Assembly: GCF_006345805.1 (NCBI RefSeq)
Contig: NC_043011.1
Coordinates: 32,872,464 to 32,936,463, forward strand
DNA length: 64,000 nucleotides
Direction: 5' to 3'
Source: Octopus sinensis
Lineage: Eukaryota
The translations under genes were made by a program, and so were the position numbers. The notes under the pieces were generated by a model. The model searched no databases, had not been told where the DNA came from, and was given only the letters and a program-made list of their open reading frames with translations. Shown here piece by piece: positions 26,801 to 39,336 of the stretch. Position 1 is the stretch's first letter. Each line of letters opens with the position of its first letter.

Positions 26801-28786
26801 GTATGTGTATATATCTATGTATATATGTATATGTATGTATGTACGTATGTAAATGTTTGTGAGTTCTTATAAACTACCTGATTATCTTTTCAATAAGAAA
26901 AGTTTGTACATCATACATGAGTATATGATACCCTATAAACCAGATAGCACATGTTGGCTTAGTGACTTAGTTGTATGTACTTATAAAGTTTTGTTTATTT
27001 TTTGTTTGTTTTTTTTAAATCTTATTGTATGTATCCAATTGTGAAATGTTCTAAATGGTACCTTTTTTTTTTTTTTTAATTAAAATAAAGTTGATCTGTG
27101 TATGCTAAATTTTAAACCGTATTTGCAATGTGATTAACCATTGACAAACTGTCAAACAATATGGTAGTCTTTTGACTTGTATTAACTAATGTTAGTCATG
27201 TATTTTAACTAAAAAACAAAAAATAATAATAATAATAATATCTGGAAAATTATTTTTTAAACATGAGAAACAAAAAAAAAACATATACATACTTTGACCC
27301 AAAAAAAAAGAAAAAACAAAAAACAGATACTTAGATATAAGTACACATTTGTTTTATATTGTTTGTTTACTTTAATTTTTTTTTTTCCAACAAAAATTTT
27401 TTGATGTAAAATTGCTCTTGTCTTGGCTTTCTCAAAGTTTGCTTTACTTTTTAGTTTGTATTGTATAACAAAATTGTACCACCTTGCTCTTACCATGTCC
27501 AAAAAGAAAAAAAAAAAACTGAAGATGACATTCGTGTTACTGGTTGTCTCTCCTTGCCATCATATGATAACAAAGGTGCATTCAACAACAAACTGCTGTT
27601 CTAATAATGTTATTTTTTAGCTTACTTTTTATGTCTGAAGTGGCTTACTCCCTAACATCACAGATGTGGAAGTGAGTTTGTTTCTAAACGGGGATGATCT
27701 AATACGCAGTGGACCTTCTGCTCAACACCTATCTGATATGCTTGATACTAAAGATACAAATATTAAAACAAAAAAATAATAAAAATAAAAATCAACAAAA
27801 ATACGTAACAGAAACAAATGAAAATTACCGTTTACATTTATTACTGGTAATTTTAAAAGACCATTGATTGTTAATGTTACTTTCATAGCTATATCAACAA
27901 GTATATCCTTTCTAGTGTGACTGTATTTTAGATTCTGTGTGTGTATGTATGAGTGTTTCTGTAACTGTATATGTGTATCTGTATGTGCATGCTTATATGT
28001 GAATATATCTTTTTCCTTAAACGTTTTCTTTTTTTTTTTTTTTTTTTTTTTTTTTTGATGTTTAAATCCAGTAAATTAAATTTTATGTTCCATCATTCTT
28101 ATTCAGAAAAATTCAATCTTTGTAAGAGTAAAAATTAAAATTCTAATGATTTCGTTAGTTTTATTTTTTTTTTTTTTTTCTTTTCGAGAGGGGTGCTTAT
28201 TTATTTTTTAACTGTTTATCCATTGCATTAATTCGAAACCAAACAAATAATAATTCATTGTCATTTTTATCTGTGTAAATTATACCAGAAATTATTTTAT
28301 TATTATTATATTATTATTATTATTATTATTATTATTATGTGCCAACAAAATTTGGTACTATCCTCTTACCATACCAACACAGTATTTTGGTGCTATTCAA
28401 AAATTATTGCTAATAAGAGTGGACATCTGTAAGGAGTGCAGATTGCTCCGTCTCATTTTGGCAGTTCTTTACAATGTAAGCAGTGTAGGCGGCGGTGGAG
28501 GTGGGTCTCTATAATGTTAAAGAAATACTTTAGTGATTCTACTTTCATGTATGTAACTTTTACTAGCATCTACAGTAGCCATGTAAACCTAAAAGTCTAA
28601 ATACTTAAAAAAAAAAAAGAAAAAACACAAGCTCGTCATCTCTCTCACACTCCATGTTAGATTTTTGTGAGGAGGAATGAGGTATTGTGTTTAAATTATG
28701 TCAAATGTAAATATAAATTTAATTAATAATTATGTTGTACTTGATTAATGTTTCCTTCCAATAACAACGGAGCAAACTGCTGTTTC

Positions 28787-28792
28787 AATAAA
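28787..28792 (+). promoter_or_regulatory. Candidate polyadenylation signal
   Basis: AATAAA preceded by TGTA motifs (~28705, ~28736) and followed by a T-rich tract. SINEs resume right after. Alternatives at 20102, 27084, 32599 and 34284. Confidence 0.3.
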
Positions 28793-28994
28793 CTGTCCTT
28801 AAAAAAAAAATGGAATCCCTAATAAGTGGCCAGTTTTTATTTATTTTTTTTATTTCCAAACCAAGACATTTTTTTAATTATAATTATTACCTTTATAATA
28901 TGGTTTGAGAATATTAATAATAATAATAATAATACTAATGATAATAATAATAATAATGTTAATAGTAGTAGTTATAGAAACAGTTGTAGAATCA

Positions 28995-29502
28995 GGGTGG
29001 AGGATTGACAGAAATGCTAGAATGTCAGGCATGTGTATATCGCCTTACTCTATTTATTCCAACTCTTTTATGTTCTGAGTTCAAATCCTGCCATAGCCAA
29101 TTTTGATTTTCACCCTTCTATAAAGGAATCAACAAAACCAAATTACCAGTCAAGTGGTTTTGGTGGGGCTGGGGAGATGGGTGTAATTAAATCATCTAAT
29201 GCCTACCCACCCAACCCAAAAATGTGTGGCCTTGTGCCTATGTTAGGAATGATTATTATTATTATCATTATTATTATTATTATCAGGTGGTGAGTTGGCA
29301 GAATCGTTAGCATGCCAGGCAAAATGCTTAGTGGCATTTCATCCGTCTTTACATTCTGGGTTCAAATTCTGCTGAGGTCAACTTTGCCTTTCATCCTTTT
29401 GGAGTTGATTAAACAAGTACCAGTTGAGTGCTGGGGGCCAATGTAATTGGCTATCCACCTCCCACAAAATTTTCAGGCCTTGTGCCTATAGTAGAAAAGA
29501 TT
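28995..29502 (+). mobile_element. Two tandem family A SINEs
   Basis: GAGTTCAAATCC / GGTTCAAATTC B-boxes, core TTTGCCTTTCATCC, GGCCTTGTGCCTA tails. Confidence 0.8.
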
Positions 29503-30172
29503 ATTATTATTATCATTATCATCGTTAATAAGGATTGAAGAAAAAAAGATTAAATCTTTTCCCCAAAGTATTCCCCCAAAGAATGATTTGCTTGGTGTTA
29601 ATGAGCCTGCGTATATGTGTGTATGCATTACCATAGACAATTTCTAATGCAAATAGAAGAATATATGGAGTTTTGGATTATTCCTTCCTTTATTTATTTT
29701 TTTTTTGTCTTCTTAGTCCCTTTTCCCTATCTTTATTTCTATATTCCTTGATTTCTTTTTCCTTACATCTATTTCTGTTCTATTTCTAATACAAACAAAA
29801 TTGATTCATTCTAATATCTTTTTTTTTTTTTTAATTTCTAATATTCCATATCATTGGCAGCAAATGTCATTGATGGAGAATAATACCTTGGCTATTATTA
29901 ATTCCAAGGGTTACCCTTCAACATTGAACAGTTTTATATCTGTTGGTATTCCCATTCTGCACCAACATTCACATACAACCCCGTATTAAATTACAATTTT
30001 CACTTTTCATTTATCTTTCTCTATATCCATTCTCTATTGCATTCCTCTCTCTCTCTTTCTCTCTCTCTCTCTCAGTCTTCCTTGATTTCTTTCTTACTCA
30101 TTTTCTCTCTCGTACATGCTTTTTCATACCCTTGCCTCTCTCTCTAACTATATATATATATATATATATATT

Positions 30173-30220
<48 letters not shown>

Positions 30221-33200
30221 TTTACCTATCTATCTTTCTGCCATTGCTCATTTAGAGTAAATGAATATTTTTACTTTTTGTATTTTTTTAAAGATATTTT
30301 TATTGAGTTGTTGTATGTTGGAATATTCTTCCTAACCCTAACCAAGGGATCAGCTTCTAATAAACCTTAGCCTTCAGATGCTACCATAGAACACCATGTA
30401 ATATTTATACATCTCTAATATTTTCCACAGTTATCTTATGCATATCAAAGATTACTGTTGTTCAAAGGTTCGCTGCTACCTAAATACCCCAGCTCCTTGT
30501 TATTGTGACATTCTAATCATTGTTTGTGCTGGAGCGTCTCACGCCCACAGCCAACTCATCCCCACTCCTAAGGTGCTGATACAAACATTGGAGATGTTGT
30601 CTTCACCATCATCATTGTCACTGTTAACAATCTTTCAAACCTTTCATGCCTTGCTGCCCCTAGTATGATTCAGTTGCCAATCGGCTGTGCTCTTACTGCT
30701 GTACTAGTGCCACCCTAGCTGGAGAAGGCCACACTCAGAGACACATTCTCAAACAAGAAACCTCTAGCTGCTAGTGGTCTGTTTGCATTCTATTTTCACA
30801 CTAAATATACTGAACTGTTTCAATGTTTGCTAACTGTGACCTGACCATACAATGTATTTATATTTTATTCTTTGTTCACTTTGCATTTTGTTTCTCCTCA
30901 TACAAATATAATATCTAGCCCTAGATGTTTTATACATACGTACAGACATATACATATATATTTTATATATATATATATATATACATGTGAGCTTTAAGTA
31001 TGTTAAAATATGTTTGTGCCATATTTTAACTAACCTAAAGATTACTTATATCTAAACTGCTGCTGATACTGCTGACTATATATACATATATATATGTATG
31101 TATTTATGTATGTATATATATATAAAATACAACAAATATGATACATACATTTACATACATATATTTATATATATATATATATATATATATGGTTTTATAA
31201 TGTCAAGTTAGTATTTAAGTTTTTTTGTTTTTTTCATGGAGTTTTCTGAGCATAAATTAATTTAGGCAAAGTTATGAAAGAAAGCAAGTAATAATATATT
31301 TCATATCTTTACCATTAATACTTAGATTAGCATACAATATGTTTTGTGCTATTCTTAATAAATGCTTGAATTCTCCAAAGAAAATAGTCTAGTAATAAAA
31401 AGAAAACTACCAAGTTATAAGTTATTCATTGCTATTTATATTTTTTTTCATCTTTTCAAATAAGCATTTTTTTGTTTTCATTTTTTTTTGGTTTTATATT
31501 TTTGCTTGCAGGCATTTGAATGTTAATGTCTTAACAATTTCATTCGATAGAACATTTAAAGGGAAAAAAAATATTCATATTTCTAAAATTGATAATATTT
31601 AACTAAGCAAGTAAGTGTTTGCAAATCTCAATTCAATTGTTCTGATATTTCTACTGAGAAGCAAGCAATACCGGTGCTCAGATATGATGTTTTTAAGTAC
31701 AACTCAACAGTATTAGTGCATGTGTGTCTTATATGTGAACCAATGCAATGTACGTAATGTCAACGCTTATGAATCTTTTAACTATTGGTTGTGCAGGTCA
31801 GTTACAAAAATAACTGCTTTCAATTGATTCATAGCTGACATAATTTCTCATAGTATTCTATACACACAAATATATATACATACATACATATATATGTATG
31901 TGTATGTATATATATATATATATATATATATACATCCATACATATATTTTTATATATATATGTATATATATGATCTTTTGTGTGTGAGGAATTTTGCGTA
32001 CGTATGTGTATGCGTGTATATGCTCTTATGTATGTGTGATTATTCAGTTTTTATTTTTTGCCCGACACAAACTCAAATTATATATATTAAACGGAGAGAG
32101 TTTGTGTTGGGTTTTATGTCAGTTGTATAAAGTTGTTTTTGTTTCTCCCTACTTCAATCGTTTCCCTTCTACCCACATCTTTCAAACTCATACGGCAATT
32201 TTACTATTCCCCATTTATTATGAATATCAAAAGAAAAACAGAAAGAAAATGATAATAATAATAATGATATAAAAACATAACACTAATAATTATTATTATT
32301 ATCATTGTAACTACTTCTATAACCACAGATTTAATAATATAACATTTTGTTCCTTTTAAGAAGTTTTGTACAGTCAGTGTTTCTTTTAGCTGTTGCAGCT
32401 GTGTGACTAGAATTGATACCTTAATTCAGTTGTATTATGTATAGCAGCCAAGAAGTAGGCTGAGAATTTTGGTTCTGATTCCAACCACACAGCTTTGTCT
32501 CCGTCCATCCGTTCAATGTGTGCTGTTAACTGTTGACCGTCCTTAATAGAAGATTTTATGCCTACACAAATTTAATCTCTTGCCAGATTTTATCAATCAA
32601 TAAACTGCTTATTCACCATGTGAGTCAGTGGCTACAAGACAACATACTACCTACTAAAAGTAGCTCGTTAATGGCAGCAAATTACTCTAAAAAAATAAAA
32701 ACAAACCAAAATACACATTTTATTTCACCTGATATTTGCATTGTTTTCACCATTCTTTTAGTCAGCTGGAATTGCCACATGGATGAGGAACCACTTATGA
32801 TGTCTGATAAATTGAGCAGATATTTGACAAAATTTCTTTTTTCAATTTCATTAAAAACAAACGAAGATAAAAAAAAAATTAAACAAATATAAATAAACTG
32901 TGATGACTTTGAAGTGATAGGTGTGTGAAAATTGTTGATTTGACTTGAAACATCATATCTGCACCAGGTATTGCAACAAATATCAATTGAGCTGCTGCAC
33001 ATCTCTGTAACTTATCATTTCTGACTGTTACCAATATTCCTTGATTACAAAAGTGCCTGCTTTAGTTTTTTTATGTCATTTATAGAATATGAATGTTACC
33101 TGTCGAGAACTAGTCATTTACATAACATTATGCTTTCACTAGACTTTTACTACATTGCTATATTTTATTTTATTTTATTTTTTTCATTATTTTCTAATCT

Positions 33201-33454
33201 TCAAATTTTGGTTGTTGTAGCAATTCCCTTATTTTTTTTCCTTTTTTGCTTTTTACATTTTTTTTTTTTTGTAATTAAAAGCCTTTACCAAAAATCAACT
33301 TAACTGCATAACAAAGAAACAGTTTAGGACTTGCTTTTTAGGGAATGATTAATTAAAATGTAGGTTAATAATCATGTTCAACTACATTGCCATCTTTCTT
33401 TTATTTCCTGATACATATGTAGATATATACACATACATACATACATACATATAT

Positions 33455-33585
<131 letters not shown>

Positions 33586-35531
33586 GTGTGTGTGTATGTA
33601 TGTGTTCGATTTTTGCTATTGGAAAAATTCGAACCTTCTTTTTGCAACATCTTAAGTACCTGAAGTTGGCAGAAACAAGAGAATTCCCAATTAAATGCAA
33701 TACAAGTATTTAGTTTCAAACCTCAACATCATTGAGTTCCAAATTCCACACGGGCCAACTTTTGCCTTTAATCCATATTAGGCTTGATATAAAAGCAAAA
33801 AAAAAAAACAAAAACAAATCAGTGCTAGTCAAAAAACCCTATCTCAAACACTTTTCTTTTTAATCGTTGGGGTTTTTTTTTCACAATTTTTTTTTCTTCT
33901 TACTTCACTGTATATAACCATGTAGTTATTTTTTTGTTATCTATTTTTATATTAACTCCTTATTTTCTGCTATAGTAATGAATTTAATTTCTACTGCCCA
34001 AACTTCACTTCCTAAAAGAAAAAAAACACTAAACTTGTATTTGTTTATGTGATTCTGTATTCCATAACACATACATTCTTTTTATTTATTTTATTTATTT
34101 AATTTTATTTATTTATTTTCCCTATTTTTTAAGTGGTCTGATCACTGTTAGCTTACAACCGTGTGACTGTCTTGCAGGATTGAGCACTCCCCCACCCAAA
34201 ATCAATGCATTAATATAAGTACAAAAATTGTACATTATTCTTGCATTATTATTATTATTATCATTATTATTATTATTATTATGAATAAATATATGTCTTG
34301 GTTCGTATTTTAAAAAGAGGAAAAAAATTGTGAAAAAATTCAGTTCTATTTCAAATTAATATTATATTTTCATTCTTCCTTTCTAAAAAAGAAAAACAAC
34401 AAGAAAAAAGGCAAAAGAAAATTTTAAAAAAAATAGAAAACAGAAAAAATGTCAACAGAGTTTTGACATTTCTATCTTGTGGACAAAAAAAAACTGCTTA
34501 TTTAAATGACATATCAAACATGACATATTGTCTTTTTTTTTTGTCTCAATTTGAAAAATTAAAAAAGAGTATGCCTATATTTTAAACAATTAAACATTTC
34601 TAATGTAGTTATTACGAAAGATTACCCTGTCTTGTTGACAATTTCTAATCCTTTCATGGACGTTTGATAAAAAAACTCACATGAAAAAGAAAAATTTCTA
34701 ATCCACCTAGAGATGCGTATTATAATGTTAACTGTTTTTTTTATTTGTTGTTTTTTTTAATTAATTAATTAATTAATTAATTTATACTTACATATATTTA
34801 CATTTAAAACAAAAAAAAACAAGAGAAATTGCCTTTGTTTAACAGTTGCTTATCTTTTCGGGGAGGGAACAATATTTTCAGCACTCTAAGATCTAACTAA
34901 CTTTACAAAGTTGAAATGAAAAAAAAAAAAAAATGGCTCGGTGGGTTTAGTACGGAAATACCCACCAAAGGTTCAAAACCTACTACAGACATATCATAGT
35001 GTTTTGGGACAGTACACTTAATTCTTAATTGCCTCAGTTCACCTACCTAACTGCCAGAAGGAAATAAGCATCAGGTTACCTGGGATTAATTGGCATTGTA
35101 TCCAGGTGGGAAGAAGGAGATATATTTCCCATCAGCATACTACCATGAATGTCCCAGAGCTAATCACCTCTACCTTTTAAAAAGCCCCTCCTTCGTGGGT
35201 AGCTTTAGTGAACACTGAATGTTTATGTAACTACATAAAGAGCCATATAAACAGTTATAGTTAGATTTTTAATCATTAGGACTGGAAGGGAAGGGATAGG
35301 GGGTAATAGGAGAAGGGAAAGGGGTCTTTCTTTTTAGAACTTGTCTGCTATCTAAACCTTCTTCATTTATCTTTCTAAACTATTATCCATAAAGACTCAC
35401 TTTGTTCAAGGAAATATATATATATACATACATATACATGTATGTATGTATACACATATGTACATATACATATATATATATATATTTATATATACATATA
35501 TATATATATGTGCGTATATATATATATATAC

Positions 35532-35603
<72 letters not shown>

Positions 35604-35949
35604 CATATATTCTCTCCTGTAAGACAGTAATTCACAAACAAAACAGTTGAATGCATTAAAGACAAAATGTTATTCTCTTTGTATATTATACATTGACATT
35701 GGTGAACTTTTTTTTTCCTTTTTTTTTTATTTTTTTCATATTTTAGACATCTTGACTCAAGATGTTATACAGTTGTTCATTTAAAATAATTGTTTCCAGA
35801 TACATTCAATGTATGTGTGTGTCTGCAAAAGTATCTGTATGGAATTTCTTGTCAGACATTAGTGAACACTTTCATTACCATTACTATTATTATTATTATT
35901 ATTATTATTACTATTATCATCATCATTATTATTATTATTATTATTATTT

Positions 35950-36175
35950 AAGGGTGGTCAATCGCCAGAACCAGTAAAGCGTCAAATAAAAACAGCCATG
36001 TGGCCTTCAGTTATGGCCCTTTACGTTCTGAGCTCCATTCTCGCCAAGGTTGACTTTACCTTTCATCCTGCCAGGGTCGATAAAATCAAGTACCAGTCAA
36101 ATACTGGGGTCGATACAATCGACTGTTTGTTCCCTTTCCCAAAACTTGAGGTCTTGTGCCTATTTATGAAATCAT
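35950..36175 (+). mobile_element. Family A SINE
   Basis: GTTGACTTTACCTTTCATCCTGCCAGGGTCGATAAAATCAAGTACCAG. Further diverged copies at ~38505-38925, ~39400-39570, ~40198-40397 and ~45525-45735. Confidence 0.75.
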
Positions 36176-36615
36176 AATCATCATCATTATTATTATCATT
36201 ATTATTATTATTATTATACAAATAGTTCCAGGATTGAGATTTTCCAAAACTACATCTCACTTTCTTGGATAATATTAATTTGTAGATTTTTTATTTTTTT
36301 ATTATTATGAAACATAATATTTTTTATTATTATTGTTTTATAAAATTACTACTACTATCATTAGTAATATTATTACTATTATTATTATTATTATTATTAT
36401 TATCATCATTAATTATTTTTTTTAAATGTATATTTTTTTTAATTTATCATTTCATGAAATTTGAAATCACTATGAAATGTCCAATATTTTTGCATGATAT
36501 TTTCTTTCACTTGAAATAATTTCTTTTCATCTGATAAACAGCATTATTGCTGTCACTTATTACCATTACAATTACTACCATTATCATTATTATTATCATT
36601 ATCATTATTATTATT

Positions 36616-36657
<42 letters not shown>

Positions 36658-37277
36658 GTCATTATTATAATTATTTTTCTCATCCTCATCACTGTTAATA
36701 GTTGTAGTAAGCAGTAGTCGGTAGTAGTGATAGCGATATTACTACTGACGCTACTGTTTGTCAGTTGCAACACCATTTCAGTTGGTGCCCTTCTATTACA
36801 TATCAATATGGATATTGTCAATGTACGTATTACGTCACAGAGTATGTGTTGCTGAACAAGCTGCATCCAGTTTTTCTGGGATCCGTGAGTTTAGTTGGTC
36901 GAATGTCTGATGACCAATATCTGGAACAAAACCTAGTCTAGCAATAAAATGAAAGCAAGCCTATGCTGCATGGATCATACACCTGTCTTTGTTCTGTTTC
37001 TTTCCTTCATTTGTTTTTTGTTTGTTTTGTATGTTTTTTTTTTTGGGGGGGGGGGGTTCCACTGGAATTTTTGTTAAATTATAGATGATTATTTGCTGTG
37101 TAATTGTGTTAACTTAGGTTAGATAGGGTCTTTAAAATGCTCATCAGTAATTAATCAAGTTATCGTGTCGGTTAACAAAAAACGAGACGATAGGGCGTAG
37201 CTGTTTGGATGCTGACGGTTTGACTCGGCTGGCTGGAAATTGAACCTGTTTTAGTAACAGTACTTTTTGGCACTGGG

Positions 37278-37309
<32 letters not shown>

Positions 37310-37662
37310 TGAACATGCAGATGCAGAGAGAAAACAAAAGAAACATTAATACGTATCAAATGACTCTGATTGTTACAAACAAGTTCACTCTTCACATGTG
37401 CATAAAAGAAAAAGACACACATAAGCAAATAGAGAGACAGATGTGTTTGTAGCAATCAAGGTAATTTAGTATATATGTTTCTCTCTCTCTCTCTCTCTCT
37501 TTATATATATATATATATATATGTATATGATTAAGAGAAATAACCTCTATTAAGTAATTCAATAGTGAAAGATATTATCTATATTAAATCATATAGAAAA
37601 AATTTAAATATACTATAATAAATATTATTAAAAAATTCTCTAAATTAAATAAACATTAAATT

Positions 37663-37728
37663 GACTACCTGCGTTTCATGACTATATCTTTAAATCGATA
37701 ATAATAAAATATAGCCACTCTTCAGGTC
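37663..37728 (-). ncRNA. Type I hammerhead ribozyme motif with intact catalytic core, in a pLTR-like AT-rich repeat (~37525-37870)
   Basis: Minus strand GAC-CTGAAGA-GTGGCTATAT-(loop)-ATATAGTCAT-GAAA-C-GCAG-G-TA-GTC: CUGANGA and GAAA present, 10-bp stem II with G.U pairs, 2-bp stem III, GUA triplet, 3-bp stem I. Confidence 0.65.
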
Positions 37729-38210
37729 TGAAATAATAAAATAAATGTATATATCTTAACATATAATAATTAACAAATAAATATAGAAATATACGTATCA
37801 TAACAATAAATAATAAAATAAAATGTAACAATATTAATGAAAAATAAAATCATAACTTATCTTATTGAAGAATTATGGTCTTTCAGCTCTCAGTGCCAAA
37901 ATTTAAATTCCTTGCCAATTCTACTTTGTCAAAGATCTATGTAGTTCCATTGAGAATTTTTTCATGTCTTGTCAATATTTCACCTCCCATCATACACACA
38001 AAGTGGAGCAGAAAGCTAAACAAACTTTAGTCATTGCTAACTAGAATAAAAACAAAATCTGCATGGTGTGAAAATGTTCCATGGACAAAACGTCTTATGT
38101 TAAATAAGTCAGTATCAAATCAACGTCACATAGGTGGAGCCAAAACAGCTGTGCCAGAATGTCTTATATCCATCTGTAAATCCCTTTTCTGAAGATATAT
38201 CTGATGAAAT

Positions 38211-38256
38211 CCATTACTTATTCATTTCAAAATCAACTGAAATGAATAAGTAATGG
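38211..38256. repeat. Perfect 19-bp inverted repeat with an 8-nt loop
   Basis: CCATTACTTATTCATTTCA-AAATCAAC-TGAAATGAATAAGTAATGG. Confidence 0.9.
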
Positions 38257-39129
38257 CCCACCCAGGAATAATGAGGTGAAGATAAGATGAGATCAAGAAT
38301 AATCCCAAAGATAACTGATCTCTTTTTCTTTATCAGCTCATGTATATAAAAGTTAATTTAACAAAAGTTTCTTACATAAAATAATGATGCAAAGTTTTAC
38401 TTGAAATATAAACTCTTCAGTGCAGAAAACTTAGTATAATAGAACCAGAGGTGCCCTCAGATGGGTTGGTTATAGAAAGTTTTGATAGTAGTAACTGACT
38501 TTAAGGTGGCAAGCAGGCAGAATCCTTACCATACTGAAAATACTGCTTAGCAGCATTTCTTCCAACTTTACATTCTGAGTTCAAGTGGTGCCTGGGTCAA
38601 CTTTGCCTTTCAGCCTTTTGGGGTTGATAAAATAAGTACCACTTGAGCAATGGGGTCAATGTAATCAACTTACATTCTTGCCTAAAATTGCTGGCCTTGT
38701 GCCAAAATTTGAAACCAATATTAGTAAATGACCATAAAAATTGCTGGAATAACCTAAGCAAAATAAGTGCCCTGGAATGAGAATTTTTATATATTTAGTT
38801 ATTTAGGTGCCCTATGGTGTAATCGGGGTTGATAAATTAAGTACCAATTGTGTATTGGGGTTGATCTAATCGACTGGCCCCCTCCCCAAAAATTTCGGGC
38901 CTTGTGCCTAGAGTAGAAAAGAATATATAAGTCCTGAATATTTTTCTCTCTTCTGAAATCAATATGTTCAATTACCTGCTCTAGAGGGAAACAACTGATC
39001 ATTAGAATGTTGGTATTTGAGATTTCTCAAGGTATACCACACTTATAGGAGATAAAATAAGTTGGGGAAAGAAAGACAGAACATGAGAAATTGGTAAAGA
39101 GAAATAAATAAAAGGATGACTGGCATTAA

Positions 39130-39336
39130 CCCTTTAGCATTTAAACCGGCCAAAATAGTTAATGTTTTATGTTCAAACTGACCAGATCCAGGCTCTCACA
39201 CCTACCCTACAATGTTATTCTACATTAAGTAATTACACCATCAAGATCTTGAAGATATGAGGTAATGCACGATTAATTCAAATCAATGGGAATCAATAAG
39301 CATTATGTTTGATAGAATAATCTGAACACTAAAGGG
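39130..39336. mobile_element. piggyBac-type MITE
   Basis: TTAA target duplication (39126-39129 and 39337-39340); ends CCCTTTAG / CTAAAGGG. A partial reverse copy lies at ~55245-55349. Confidence 0.85.

Noticed and set aside
27642-27678. Small hairpin as a pre-miRNA or Roquin-type decay element
   Set aside because: Too short for a pre-miRNA. The UGU triloop is on the strand opposite the gene.
28443-28775. 9-bp complementarity TTGCTCCGT / ACGGAGCAA
   Set aside because: Too short; expected by chance in a window this size.
36907-36940. CTGATGA-CCA..TGG-AACAAAACCTAGTC hammerhead candidate
   Set aside because: GAAA is absent and no stem I can be formed.
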